This document shows positions 13,907-28,900 of a stretch of DNA of 64,000 bases, in pieces. Each line of letters starts with the position of its first letter. The stretch's first letter is position 1. The notes beneath the pieces were generated by a model. That model worked only from the letters and a program-made list of their open reading frames with translations. It made no database searches and had not been told where the DNA came from. The stretch comes from Laetmonice hystrix (taxonomy: Eukaryota). Position numbers and translations under genes: made by a program. The stretch spans positions 19,158,001 through 19,222,000 of the forward strand of contig OZ249447.1 of the NCBI GenBank assembly GCA_965235115.1. Reading direction: 5' to 3'.

Positions 13907-16900
13907 CTGGTGGAGAGAAGGCAAAAGAGCATATTTAGAGCTGGCTTGGTCTGCTGTAGAGCTCAAAGCAGTGATCAACTTTGCCATTTTCATTTTTGCC
14001 TTAACTTAATAATGATGCAAACTCACAGAGAAGCGATCTTTCCATCCACCAACAAATGTATCAAATGTTTTACTTTTATTTGATAAAATAACAAATGTAT
14101 CAAATGTAACAGTGTTTTAATTTTATTAGATAAAATGGTACCTACTGCTTTCGGATATTGCTCCCAGACTTTTTCCAATGCTTTCTCTACTTGTACTGGA
14201 ATCAGAAACAAAACAATCTGTTAATTATCCTGTACCACCGATATTAAGTAAAACAAGCTTGTGAAGCTTATAGCCCCCACCACGAACTATGGATTCTTGA
14301 AAAAACGATGCACGACTTCAATTGATCTTTGAAGGGCAAAGGAAATATTGTCAAATGAAACTTTGTAAACTTAGTAAAGTTCTATGCAGTTGTACAGCTT
14401 GATGGCGTTATCCGGCGTAAAGATGCATGTCTCTGCAATAACTATACAGTTATGTACAGTTTGATAGTGTTATCCGACATGAAGTGTTTTGTAGATATGC
14501 TTGACCTCGATTGACCTTTAGAGGTCAGTTATGTACAGTTTGATAGCGTTGTCTGGCGTGAACCAACTGAGTAGGGACAAATTATCTGTGGGTCCGGGGA
14601 CTATACGTACTTTTCGCACGCTTGTTGCCCCTCATGCATTCTGTCAGCAAGAACGAAATCCAGAAAATGGCAGAGTTATTGCTTCGAACTTCTTTAAATC
14701 CAAGATGGCCACCAAGCCATATATTTGGCCTGTGTCCTCCTTAGACTGTCCCTGGTTATTATGTAATGTTTCATGCAAGATTAGATGTTGTTATTTTCAA
14801 CTGGTTTGGAGGTACAGGCCATTAAAATATGCATGACCTTGATTGACCTTTCAAGGTCGCTCAAGGTCATGGAAAATGACGCCAAATGAAACTTCATATA
14901 TGACTTCCTATCTATCAATAATAATAACTGTTGCCTTATCTTGCACCGTTTTCGAGATATGAGCCAAAACAGTGTTATGGGGGGGGAGTAAAATATTAAT
15001 ATGGCCGCCATGTCGCCATATTTGCTCTGATCTGGCAATACATTGGCATATACATTGCCCCTCATATACACCTTCTTTCCACCAAATTTGAAAGAAATCG
15101 GGATCGTTTTGTCCGAGTTATTGCTCCAAATGTGTTTACATCCAAGATGGCCACCACGCGGCCATTTTGACCTGTCTCATCCGTGGACTGTCCCGGATCA
15201 TGATGTAATGTTTCATGCAAGATTATGTCGTTATCTTTAACTGTTTTGAAGATCCAGGCTTTTGCAAATATGCATGACCTTGATTGACCTTTCAAGGTCG
15301 CTCAAGGTCATCGAAAATGGCGTCAAATGAAACGTCATATATGACTTCCTATCTGTCAATAATAATAACTATTGCCTTATCTTGCACCGTTTTCGAGATA
15401 TGAGCCAAAACAGTGTTATGGGGGGGGGGTAAAATATTAATATGGCCGCCATGTCGCCATATTTGCTCTGATCTGGCAATACATTGGCATATATACATTG
15501 CCCCTCATATACACCTTCTGTCCGCCAAATTTGAAAGAAATTGGGATCGTTTTGTCCGAGTTATTGCTCCAAATGTGTTTACATCCAAGATGGCCACCAC
15601 GCGGCCATTTTGACCTGTCTCATCCGTGGACTGTCCCGGATCATGATGTAATGTTTCATGCAAGATTATGTCGTTATCTTTAACTGTTTTGAAGATCCAG
15701 GCTATTGCAAATATGCATGACCTTGATTGACCTTTCAAGGTCGCTCAAGGTCATCGAAAATGGCGTCAAATGAAACGTCATATATGACTTCCTATCTGTC
15801 AATAATAATAACTATTGCCTTATCTTGCACCGTTTTCGAGATATGAGCCAAAACAGTGTTATGGGGGGGGGGGTAAAATATTAATATGGCCGCCATGTCG
15901 CCATATTTGCTCTGATCTGGCAATACATTGGCATATACATTGCCCCTCATATACACCTTCTGTCCGCCAAATTTGAAAGAAATTGGGATCGTTTTGTGTG
16001 AGTTATTACTCCAAATGTGTTTATATCCAAGATGGCCACAACGCGGCCATTTTGACTGATGTCAAAAATATCTTTGACCTGCCTCATCCGTGGACTGTCC
16101 CGGATCATTATGTAATGTTTCTTGCAAGATTATGTCGTTATCTTTAACTGTTTTGAAGATCCAGGCTATTGAAAATATGCATGACCTTGATTGACCTTTC
16201 AAGGTCGCTCAAGGTCATCGAAAATGGCGCCAAATGAAACGTCCTATATGACTTCCTATCTATCAATAATAGTAACTATTGCGTCATCTTGCACCGTTTT
16301 CGAGATATAAGCCAAAACAGTGTCATTGTGGGGGTCAAGAAACAAATATGGCCGCCATCTCGCCATTTTGGATCTGAATTGAAATTTTATTGTGATGCAT
16401 ATTGGCCCTCATTATGCCTCATCCCTGCACCATGTTTGAAAGAAATCGTGATTGTTTTGGCTGAGTTATTGCTCAAAATGTGTTTTCATCCAAAATGGCC
16501 GCCAAGCGGCCATTTTGAATGATATCAAAAATCTGTTTGACGTGCATCATCCTCAGTTCATCCCTGATCCTTGTGTGAAGTTTCAAAGAAATCGACCCAT
16601 ACACTTCTGAGAAATCGCTGTCTACGGACATACGGACGGACGGACGGACGGACGGACGGACGGACGGCCGTACGGACGGACGGACGGAGGTCGAATTATA
16701 AGCCCCCCGTTGTGGGGGCTAAAAAAGCACACTTTATAAGTTTTCACCAAAAATACCAATCTGAAATTTCTCTTCAGTTGGATAATCACAACTGTCTCTG
16801 CACAAGTTTTTGATCTTTGATGCATCATTAAGGTACAAGCAGTGTTTTCACAGTTTACCTAACAGATTGTAAATGAATGTTTTCCTTTACATCAAACTGT

Positions 16901-19900
16901 AAGAGACATATGATACAAAATAGCACTATGGTTCATCTGTGAATGACAATGGCTCAAGCTACGACTCAGAAAATGACAAACAAGGGACCCTTGCTTTTCA
17001 TCCACACCACAACAAGAAACCTGTGACCATATGGTCATAATCTCACACTATGCATGTTTTATACGGAACAAGTTTCTCTCCTTTGTCTGTACCTATTATA
17101 AGCAGAAGTTATGAATCAATTTGCGCTTGGCTTCAACTGAACACTTCAACTTAACCGCAAACACTGTATCATTGCTGTAACCAGGTATTGGTAGCTCCAC
17201 AACTCCAGTGAACCAGTCAGATTTTCAAGTACTCGATTTTTTATCTCATTTTACCCAGAGATCTTAGAAACATATCAATAAACTTCTCAATAAACAAATT
17301 TAGCATTCCTTGTCCATTTCATTTAAACTTGCATACACTTACACCAACAGAGAGACCATTTACTACATTTTTTAAGGTACCTCTACTCAACGGTATACAT
17401 CACGTTAAACCTGCTTTTCCCGAGTTCCTTGAAGGATGTTCCCAACCACTTCTACAGATGGGTCTTGGCCAATAATTTTGCCCCATCTATCGTTGGATAC
17501 TTACATACATACTTTGTGGAGCTTGAGAGCTTTGCTGTTTTGAATGTAAAGAGTTCTGCAAGTGCTGCAGATTCGTCAAACTTCTCATCATACATCACCT
17601 AAAGATAGCAACGTTTTCAATGTGTCAACTTTCTTCATCAAATATCACTAACCAGGTCACCTCAATGAGTAAATTAACCAAAATTTGTTACTTTTAAGAG
17701 AACATTTTTCACTTTAATGAAATTTTAGCCTCCTTACACTCCTGTCTGTGATAAAGAAAAAAAGGCAGATATAATTGTCTCCGACTACTATAGACGTAGG
17801 ACATGAGAAACCATGAAGCAGGAAAAAAACAACCCTTTACCATGACCATATCAGGCTTGATTCCAGGCTGCATGAGAACGGTCTCCAACTGCATCCTTAC
17901 AGCATTGTGGTTCAAACCTACGACAATACACAAATCCACATTTATCTCAAACTCTAAATCAAAGTGCAAGTCATTTTCAAGTTTGATCAAATGTTTTTTT
18001 CTAAAATGAATTTGTGAAAAGACTTTATGGATCTATAAAATAAAAAGGGTTAGAAATATTTTCTAAAAGCACCTGTGGGCTGCCCTAACGGTGGGGAAAG
18101 TGCTAAATATTCTTTATTAAAACCGTTATACCCGGTGCAGACATACTCCCTGTCCCACCTGACAGTTAAATTGTCCCAATATTTAGAAAACAGCCTCTGG
18201 CAGAGAGACAAGGGCACCATTTAGTTACCTGGAATGACGATGATGGGAACTCGGAAGATTCTGTGAGTTTCTAAAGCCTTGTCTGTCAACGGTGCAGACA
18301 TAAGGGCATCGTCGATATGCTCGGCTGTGAAACAAAGAACAGGAACATTTCTAAAAATATCCTGACAAAGACCCAGAGAACACCTTGCCTTGTACGGACT
18401 GCTGAGTGCCGATATCGTAATAAAAGCTAAATATCACACGTTTTCAAAATTCCTTTGACAGGCCATCGAGTCATTTTTGACACTCATGAACGAATTGAGG
18501 GTGATTTTCCTGGTAATCTTTTTGTTCTTTAGCATGTCATTTTTTCCAGTAATTATCTAATTAAAATAGCCATCTTCACTGCATCTTCACCCTATTAATT
18601 AATTCAATGAGATGCACTCTGACAGGAAATCAAATTCTTTTGTCCGAGATAATAAATCTGAAGACAAAAATTCTACAAGATCTCTCCATATTTAAACACA
18701 TTTAGTATTCAATATCCAAGACTCACCTTCGCAGAAATCACCGTATCCATCGTACTTTGCGCAGAACTTTCTCCGCTTCTCATTCTTGTTGGCAAGAGGA
18801 TCTGGCTTAATTTTGCTTCCCTTCACTGCAACAAAATATGTAAACCATTTGGGACGACGTGTATTATAAATGTGTTAGTAGTGTAAAATATAGTTTCCTT
18901 CATGCCGATGTGTATCACCAACCTGTACCAGAAATGAATTAGACATTTCCATTTATACTTTGGCATGCCAAAAACTATAATTTCTCACGTTTTGACAACA
19001 TTTTGAGGATGCCAAACTGCGCCTGGCAATGCCTTACCAACACGTTTATCTCCTCAGACTGAGATTCTGGTCGACCAACTAAAATGTCCATTTCACGGAG
19101 TTTCTTGTTAAGACATAAGCCAAGTTTCGGAGTACGAATAGAGGCGAGCACTCTACACCTGGGCCCGGTTCCTAAAATCTTAAGATCTAACTTAAGTTCA
19201 GGCTGGTGCTTCTGAAGCTTCTGATTGGCTGGTAAGCAGACCAGCCAATCAGAAGCGTTAAGCCTAAACTTAAGTAAGATCTTAAGATTTTAAGAACCGG
19301 GCCCTCCTAAACTATCCGGCCCCGGTTTCAAGCACGTGGTTAAGTTAACTACCAGGTAAGTTAGTTGGTTAAGATGAATTTGAACCAGAGATTTAACCAA
19401 TAAGGAAAATGAGAATAATAACCAATCTTGGTTAAAGTTAGAGTTAACCACAATTTTAACCACAACTTAGTTAACCTGGTTCGTGCACAGGTTGCTTCAG
19501 TCGCAACAAACCGTTACTTTCAGTTATTATGTAGCGTTTCTCCCTGTGTAAGTTACCACCTCAGACTCTAACAAATCATTAGTGGACAAAAATGGCCTCC
19601 AAACACAAATTATTATAAATGGATGGACTCGCATGGAAAAGAATTTCCCGTGTTATAGATTTAAATCGCAGCCAATTCCAGTTCCTACCTTTTTAATAAT
19701 TTTTCTTAATCGCCTTGATCCGATTGAGAAGGAAGGCATTGGATACTACATCAAGGTAATTAAGCAAGACTGGCACCAACTTATGACACTGATCACGATC
19801 GGTGTACCGGCACACTTCCCAGTATTTTGTGTTCCACAAACGAAATTCATTAATTTCATGCCATCTGAGGCAAGCCAAGTACATTCAGTACTCGCAGGGA

Positions 19901-22900
19901 TTCCTTAATGACACAGAGCTTAAATTAACAGATGCAAAATCCCACATGCAAACAATTGACTTTGAAAGGTCTAACATCATAATGTGGGACTTAAGGTTCC
20001 TCCGACTTCAAAATATTTCATGTATCTCTTAGATTCACAGGTTTTTCACTAGTTAAAATATAATGAATACCCTCAAGGAAGAGATTTTAAAATACCACAC
20101 GTCTCAATGACATCTGTTAAGTAACCTTAAGGAAAATTTTCAAACTGCTACTCAACGTAAGTATTGGAAGAGCTTCGGTTCGTTCTTTAGAAAGACTTAC
20201 ACCTTAACGGACAAAACACTGGAACATTTCTTGTTAGTCAACATGAACAAACAAACCAAGTTATGAAACGCATTACAATCTTAAAAAGCAGCAGTAGTTG
20301 TTAACTAAAGAGTAAATAAAGCTAAGACATCCATTCCATGAACGAATACGCTTCCAAATGAACTGTATTGACACCAGGTCATTTGGCCTAGCTTCAATAC
20401 GTATGATTTCAATGAGAGGTCAAGTACCATGTGAAATTTCGAAATCTGGCATTTCACCTGAAAATGTTGGACAAAATACACGTTACCAGGTGCAAGGACA
20501 TCAACTGTGAATGTGTCAGACGCCTGTTAGAGTTCCTGCCAACATGATTGTTAACCTCATAGTCAAGCATTGTTTGCCCTCATTTGAAGCTCCACTATTA
20601 CTCCGAGAGCGCCAATTCATGGCCCCACCAACCATCAGACAATGCACCATTTGCCCTTGGCAAATACATGTACCTTCCTCCACTCACCAAGCAAAACAAA
20701 ACCAATTAATTTGGTGCTCATGCTTATACCGAAAAAAAAGGTAAGTAAAAATCACCATTCTGCGGATAGCATTCAAAATAAGAATACAAAATGCAGTCAT
20801 CTAAACAAAAATTACTGTCCACCACCTACATGGAAATAAGCAAGGACAAAAGTTTCCATTTGGCTTGAAGGTGCCTGGTTTCTCTTCATCTCTTCGGCCA
20901 AATGCACCTTCCCCAAGCACATGGCGGCTTGCGATGAATCGTTCATATATATCTCTGAGCAAGCATTACCCACCATGATTTTATGGATGATCTTTAAAGA
21001 TGCTCTGGCCACCACATGTGTTTGTATCAAAACATCAAAGTTTCAAGTGCTTTCTGAAATGTGTTTGGTTTCTGTTTGCTTTCTTTGAACACTACCTATA
21101 AATGGCATCAATCAGAGAGGTCGCCTCTGGGGCCCAAAACCAATAAAAATACACTAAACCCAGGTACTTGATGTCATTCGTTGATGCGGCATTTGCCTCT
21201 TACATCATTATGGTTGGTATCTGGTTCAGGATGCCAGGTAAAAATATAAATGTTTTGTTACCTGGTGCTCCACTTATCAATATTCTATGCATTCATAGAA
21301 GTATTTCACAACCCATATAAAGTGCAGTTTCACCTCTTGTTGCCGTCTTATAAAACGACTCTTTTGAACAAAATCGATGCCAATTACTATAAGTGGATAA
21401 AAAGTAATTTACTCGTTACACAATACGGCAGATCTTTAAAATTCGTCTCCCTTCACGTTTTCTTCCTCCTGCCTTGAATTTTATGGTACCTAGCAGCGAA
21501 GTCTCAGGCCAACCACATTCACAGGTGAAGTGAGTTCCAACACGCAGATTGTGTCATTAGTTTATAGTTTTATAAGCTCCTACCAGGGGGCGCATTGGTG
21601 GAAATGTGATCTCTCTGAAATCAGACTTACTTGTGGTGGCTACACACTGTCTTTTATCAATAGGCGTTGGCCATCCACGTCCCCCTAATCTTGTTTCAAT
21701 CTGTTGTTGCCGGACAAAAACAACATACTCCGTTCAATATTGCGTTGTATACGGTTGACCCATCCATGGTCCACGGGTGGTACCAGCAATAACCCCTGCC
21801 AACCGCTGCCGTACACACCTCATACACTAAGCAGGACACGTCATACTACACAGTAACACTAAAAACATCCAAATCGGACTTGCAAAGAACACATTTTCCT
21901 TTTCCTCTCTGATTTCCAACAAATTAACCAAAATGCTTTAGCAGTGCGAGGTTTTTTGTGCAGCATTTGGAGTGGGTGAACTGTCCAGTACCCATGTTTT
22001 GTGCAGCGATACTTTTGACACGAACTCATGTTTAACCCTGACAAACATGCTCCAACAGAGTCCGCTGGGAGAAGGCTCACTGCACGAAACCACACCAAAA
22101 CATCGCTGGAAAAACAAAAATGCATCACCCAAACCGTCAGCTTCCCAATCAGTCAAATTTTAAAAACCTTTATAATATCCCCAGCAAAAAAGTGTTTTCA
22201 TTCAAAAATGACTCCACATTTTGGAAACCATAAAAGTTGTATGATGAAGATAGCCTTTCTTTTGAGTATGCTGCATTTTTGTTTAACCACCAAAAAAGTA
22301 TATATTGTACTGATAGCCACTGCTATCCACTATAACTTACACAGGTATGGCACACACATTTTCTTGTCAACGGGTTTCGGGAAGGAAGACGCTGGACCTG
22401 CAAATTCAATCTGAAAACAACGGCAGTAAACGGTGTTAAGACCTGACCCAAGATCAAACTGAAGGGGGAAATTTCTCATCCTAAAAATTGTTTCAGATTT
22501 TAAAAATTCAGGCGGTCAGGTCTGATTATGGGCTATACAGGGTGTCCCAGACTGAAGGGTTCGGGTAGACTCATTTCTTCACGAATCTGCTGCCTTTCTC
22601 AACTTCAGAAGCAGGATTTGACCTTCCTGGACAAGTTACTGTACCTCCTTAACGGCATGACTGGTATTGATGAAATGAAGTCTAATTTACACAATGATAT
22701 CCTATTATATTCACTGAAAAAAGGAACTTCAAATTAAACCCTTCTTCTGGGATACCCTGTATACAGTAATCCGCATGCTGGTAAGTAGAATTAACAAAAT
22801 TAGGTGGTATCACTAATATAATACTAGATATAGAGGGAAAGACTGCAAACAACTGTAGACAGCTGCCACCTCTAATTCAACTTTTGACATTGAAAAGTGT

Positions 22901-25900
22901 CTTCTAACTGTAGTAAAGAAACTAATGTTTTGGACAAAATATAATAACAATACTTATAGGTAGGTGGCATGCTTAATCTATCATTTAGTGGCCACAGCTA
23001 CCTAACTACTTACTTATCATATATACATGTACGTAATATCACATGAGCAAGTATTCTAATGAAACCTCACATGTGCTCTGTGAAATATAAAAAAAAGTTC
23101 ACTAAGAGTCTAAAATAACCACTGCAACAAAAATACTCTATCGTTCGAATCTGAGTAGAATCTCTTATTCTGACATTCCAGAATAAATAACCACTGGGTA
23201 CATTCCTTTCATTCAACACAAAACGACAATGTTCTGAACGGAATCCATACCAGCTTACTGACGGCAGGAATGAAACACTATACTAGAGCTGCGGTTACTG
23301 TCAAACCAAAATATCAAGTCCAGAAAGTTTCATATTATAATTAAGTCAAGTCACATTCAGAATACATGAAACAATATAACAAAGCTTCCAACTTTTTACA
23401 GAAATAATAAATACCAGAACAGTGTATGTAGTGTCGTCATTTTAACATGTGTAAAAAATTCCCATTGCAAAATAGTCCGTTCAGAAACATCGTCAAACAA
23501 CAAAACAAGAAGACATGATTGCAGGACTTAGTGAAACCTCTGTGAGCCGAGCTCGCTCTTTCAAAATATAAACACGTTTTTGCTGAAACTTAAGCTTAAC
23601 TTTGGTTGATAAAACTCCGTAGCAGTATACCGGTTCGTTGCTTCATTGGCACAAACTCGTCAGTACAGAACTACAATACGAGTTATAGCCCTCGTACTTC
23701 TCCACTATTGTCAATTTATATCATTCAACAAATTCAGGTCAAAGGAAAGACTTGGCAGCTAGTGTTCCTCCCATCATATTCTACTCTAGGTTCTAAGGGC
23801 GAATTTAATGTTTGTCATGCAGATGCCTTATTTTACGAAAGTCACACTAATATCATCCGCTGAGTTTCTAATTCCGGCTGTGCGTGAAGAGGACTTAAAA
23901 ACACCAGGATTTACAAATGGGTCCAATGAGGATAACGATTACAATCTTACCTAAGAAAAGCAAACTTAAAGAAAGCCCCAACCCAGCACTTCTCCACGAT
24001 AAAACCAATGAAAAAAAGGATTAAGGACTCTCTCTGGGACAACTCTTGCATCAGGAAAAGGAGAGGCGGGACAGAATACCGAAAGCCGTAAGAAATGATG
24101 ATTCACGAATATCAACAGAAACGGCCAAACCAACTTATCCTTAACCACCGTCAGACTTGCACCAGTCCTGTTGAGGAATAATTTTGCTTTGGCAGCCATG
24201 CCCGCCCCACCAACTAAAAAACAAAGCCATGACATCATCACCTTACTCTACCCNNNNNNNNNNNNNNNNNNNNNNNNNNNNNNNNNNNNNNNNNNNNNNN
24301 NNNNNNNNNNNNNNNNNNNNNNNNNNNNNNNNNNNNNNNNNNNNNNNNNNNNNNNNNNNNNNNNNNNNNNNNNNNNNNNNNNNNNNNNNNNNNNNNNNNN
24401 NNNNNNNCCTCTAAATGTCAGCCAATCTGTTACTGCATGGGCTTGACTTGAATAGAAGGCCTCCACACAACAACACACCAGGCCCGTACCTAGCGGTCCC
24501 CCCCCCCCCCCCAGTAATCATGGAGAAAAATGCCCTTTTCAAGACTGTCAATTCATCGTTGTAATCAGGGTTCCCTTCTAAACCTAGGTCTGCCCCCCCC
24601 CCCCCCCCCCGAGCAATTTTAGGCTGCGTACGGGGTGGGTGGGTATTTGGGGTTTTACGCCTTGCAACAGCCAGGGTCATATCACGGCGGTGAAGATGAG
24701 ATGAAAGTCAGTTTTTCTTGGTGGAGGAAACCGGAGTACCCGGAGGAAACCACCGACCTTCGGGAAGGAACTGACTGACAAACCTTTCACACATGCAGCC
24801 CAGGCCGGGAATCGAACCCGGGTCGCAGCGGTGTGAGGCGATGGTCCTAGGTGTCATGATGGAGCCGACACCTTAGACCACTCGGCCACCCGAGGCCCCC
24901 CGGCTGCGTACGGCCCTACACACAAGACATGGCGACAGCACAATCTCCCAACCCACAGTTCTCACGCTCCACAAAGTGATGCACAACTAATAGAACGATG
25001 ACAACACCATGCATACAATGATCTAAACTCTCAACACTCAGATGGCTTCCGCCCACATGTGCCCTTACAGTAAAACTGCATATGTATCACATACAGAAAC
25101 GGGTGAAACAGGGGTGAAACAAGCGACTTTGAAATCCTTTCACTGGGATCAAGCACACTACAGCTAGACTAGGTGTGCACACAGTTCTTCAGCTTGCAAA
25201 GAAAGCAAATACAGTCGGGAGCAAACCTCAGTGCTTATAACGTCTTATCAATATCAAAGACCTGAATTCAGATGATTCAAATGTGCTTCAAGTAATCATG
25301 GCATAAATATTTCACAAACTACGCTCGGCGTATGTTCCTGACAATTTGGTAGAGAAGCATGAGGTAGCTTCCAACAATCAAATATGAAGCCTGAAAGTCC
25401 ATTCACGGCAACAAAAACAGCGGCCTAAATGATAAAAAAGGCGTGGCCCTGTGTTTATTATGGTGATCAAAGGTTCAGATTCGAATGCAACTTGCTTCTT
25501 CCACAAAGAGATACTGTCAAGGCAATTGCAAGACGTGTCAAGAAAAACCTTTTCAGATTGAATTCATCTAGTTTTGGCACGTAGTTCCTAAGGCAGTACC
25601 TGTAATAATATTCCTTAAGGTGTTTGCAATCTGAAGCAGTTGTCAGTACGAGTAGGAAAAGTTACATCTCTATATTAAAAGCACTGCCATGCAGAAGCCT
25701 AAGTTTCCCTAATTAAAGACCGCCCGCGACTATAAAAGCCGTTACTCCCAGCAACATGGCAGTCAGCACTCACGTTTGAACCCAACAACTCAACAACAAA
25801 CCGTCATCTCCCATTCTTGTCTCAATTTTTACTGGTTATATTCCTTCAAAAGTTTTGATATTTGTCACAAGTAATTGTGAACATGTGTAGCAGGTTATCT

Positions 25901-28900
25901 GCAATTTTCAAGAAACATAATGCATGAACTGTATTGATAAGAGTCATTTGAGTTTTGAAAGTAGGCCTATCTGTAACTGACGAGTTTGAGCACCTTGACA
26001 GGTCCACAGGGGTGTGCAGGCTTTCTTATAAATATAGCAGGGCCAGTGTGTATGTTTGCTCAGTGCAGCCCCGCTCACTGCTGCCCATCTGCCCACCTTA
26101 CACTCCCTATGGGGGCCGCATTAGACTGGACCAGTGGAGCAGGGCCAGCCGGGGTCAACGTTACCGGGTGGTAACGAATGCCGGCCTTTAAGCTATCCCG
26201 AAGATGCCTGCTCCTGATTTAACATACCTATATTATCATGTGGCTCTGGATTTAAACCCCGCAAAACCAAACAGCCGTCATCAGATCTGATTTAGTTTTG
26301 ATCTACCAGAGGATTCAAAGCAGTGTGTAATTTTGAAACAGTCCGACCTCATTCATCCGACCAGCTTGGTGCCACTTAAAATGTGTTTGGATTGTGAAAC
26401 ATACGGAATGCGGAATCATTATAAATAGAAAATGGTAGAATAGGTTACCAGAAAGTGTTTTCAGATTGTGATGTATATAGATTAAAGAAACAAGGATTAA
26501 CGAGGTATGACCATACTAACACTAAAACGCTCATAGAAGGTTTCCCTGGAAGTTGGATCGACATTTAATTCTTTGTTCGCACTACTCTTCAACTATTTCT
26601 TGCACCTAGATTAATGTGACGTTGACTTAAATCTCTTGAACTTATTATGACATTATGTATTCCGAGCATATTCCAATTTTCCCCATGAGATGACAAAATC
26701 ACAACTCGTAATCCTGGGAGGGCGGAGGGGGTCAATTACAGTCGAAATCAGATTTTGCAAACCAAACAATGCAAGAGAAAGTAGTGGTCAATTTGGGTGC
26801 TCGGCATGCCAAGAATACCAACTGCAGGAGGAAGTACGCCACTGGTATCCTATACAATGTGAAGAACACTGTTATTCATGGCAGCCTATTTCAATGTATA
26901 AATTACCTTTGTTGTTTCTCCAATGACCCAGTGAAGGCCGTATTATCCGTACACTTTGCTTTATTAATCATTTATATAATTTATATTAAGCTAGAGAACT
27001 AATATGGTGATCTTTGTCTAATCAAAATGTTATAGCTATGTGTACATTTATTCAGGAACGTAAGTCCCGTCAAAAAACATTCCTCATTATTAATACCTAG
27101 GCTTCTGAGACCCCATATGTCTTCCATGTGACTCAAAACTAGATTTAAATCCTTCAAACTATTCAGTGAAATAAGTTGTAGAAAACATGAGTCGGGAGGC
27201 AGAGCTTATGAAATAACATTTTAAAGCATGTTAGTAGAGGTAAAAACGAAAAATATCTATTCTATAGTTTATCTACACTGCATCCATCATGCTCCACGGA
27301 AACATGCTACGTGAAAATAGGGACCTAATATACAATTCTGTGATCTACATAAATTCATTCCCCATAATATAGAGGCCTAGATTCTTATCAAAAAAATATT
27401 TCTTAAAAAATCATCATTGCCTTAACAAACAAATTCTATATAATAATATCGAGTAGTACATTTCCAATAAGGGAATATTATGAATTAATGGACATCGCTA
27501 CGTCAAGCGGAAGACGAACTTCACCATGCAACGCGACAAGCCCAAGACAACGTTCAATTCACCTGCTCAATCTCTCCAAACCCGGATATGCCCTTCTGTC
27601 CAACAAACACCCACGTGTCACGGAACTTGACATTTTGGATCATGCCACTGCCCAAGTCATTAAACAACTGCTTGGCGTGGTCTGACAGCCTGCGGAAACA
27701 AAATCACACTCTGTCGTAGTAATGAGTTCAACGATAGATTCAACCCGTTTGGCGGCTGCAATGATGAGAAGGGCCTTTCGCCAACAACCTCGCGGTCGCT
27801 GAGAGTTGGTTCAATAACAGCTCTGTAGGTGGCGCCCGTTTGTTCCCCCTTTCCTTCCTTGATCATAGAGGGCAGCACTGAATGAGTGAAATGGTCACGC
27901 CGCCAATGCAAAGCATGGCTCACATTTAAGACGTTACAAACACAAACCTAAACATGTTACATGTAATCTGAAAAAACTGAAAGGAACTTGGCCGTTTTCC
28001 CTTTCACCATACTGATTGAGGAAGCAGTGATTTCCCCCCTCTAAATAAGTCTTATCTGCCCGATTCTTCTCAGTGTAGATTTCATTCCGCGTTCGCGAGT
28101 TGATTATCTGCTACCCTGGCCTGACTGAAGTATGTACTAGGAGGAAAAATGACAAGTTTGAGATGTTGTTGAAGCTGATTCTGAAAGCGTGGAGAAAAGT
28201 GATTAGTTCAATCCACGAGACGCGGATATAAGCTCAAAGCTTCACCTGATGCAGGGTGAGAACACGGCAAAATGTTGCATAAAGGGAAGTTCCCAGGCCT
28301 GTAGCCGCTGGAGGAGGGGGGGGGGGGGACCTTTTCATGCAAACAAGTATGCCAACTTGGCATTTTTTATTGCAGGGCAAAATATCCTTCAACAGAAGAC
28401 CTGGTTAAGGTCCACTTTTTCTAAGATACCGAGAAATAGCCGAATTCTTTAAAACGGTCTCCTTTTCCTCAAGACAGCTTGCCCCATTGAAAATCATGGC
28501 TACAGGCCTGGTTCATGACAGTAGCCGAGGTAGTTGGAGCTGTACCTCTATCCCCACACATAGCTCTATCCACACATACAACAAAACAGTGACCTTAGAT
28601 TAGGGGGAAAACGATACAAAATGAATGACCCATCCGAATGACCAGAACGTTCAATCTAAAACATCGCAATGACCTTCCAGAGGTCAGTGGTGTACATTTC
28701 ACAACCTGTCGTCTGCTTGTCGCATTGTGAACGCCAATGTATTTTCAATGGAGATTTAACGCACAACAGGTTAACAGGTTGTGAAACGCACCTCTGAAGT
28801 GCCATCTTACGTTATTCTGTATGTCAGAGACCACACAACCTCTGTGAATTTATCAGTTCCAGGGCCCGGTTTTTAAAACATTTGCTTAAACTTAAGCTTA

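Noticed and set aside
24800-24901. tRNA gene
   Set aside because: A/B boxes are present, but the spacing is expanded, there is no cloverleaf, and it continues into a SINE core with a TSD.
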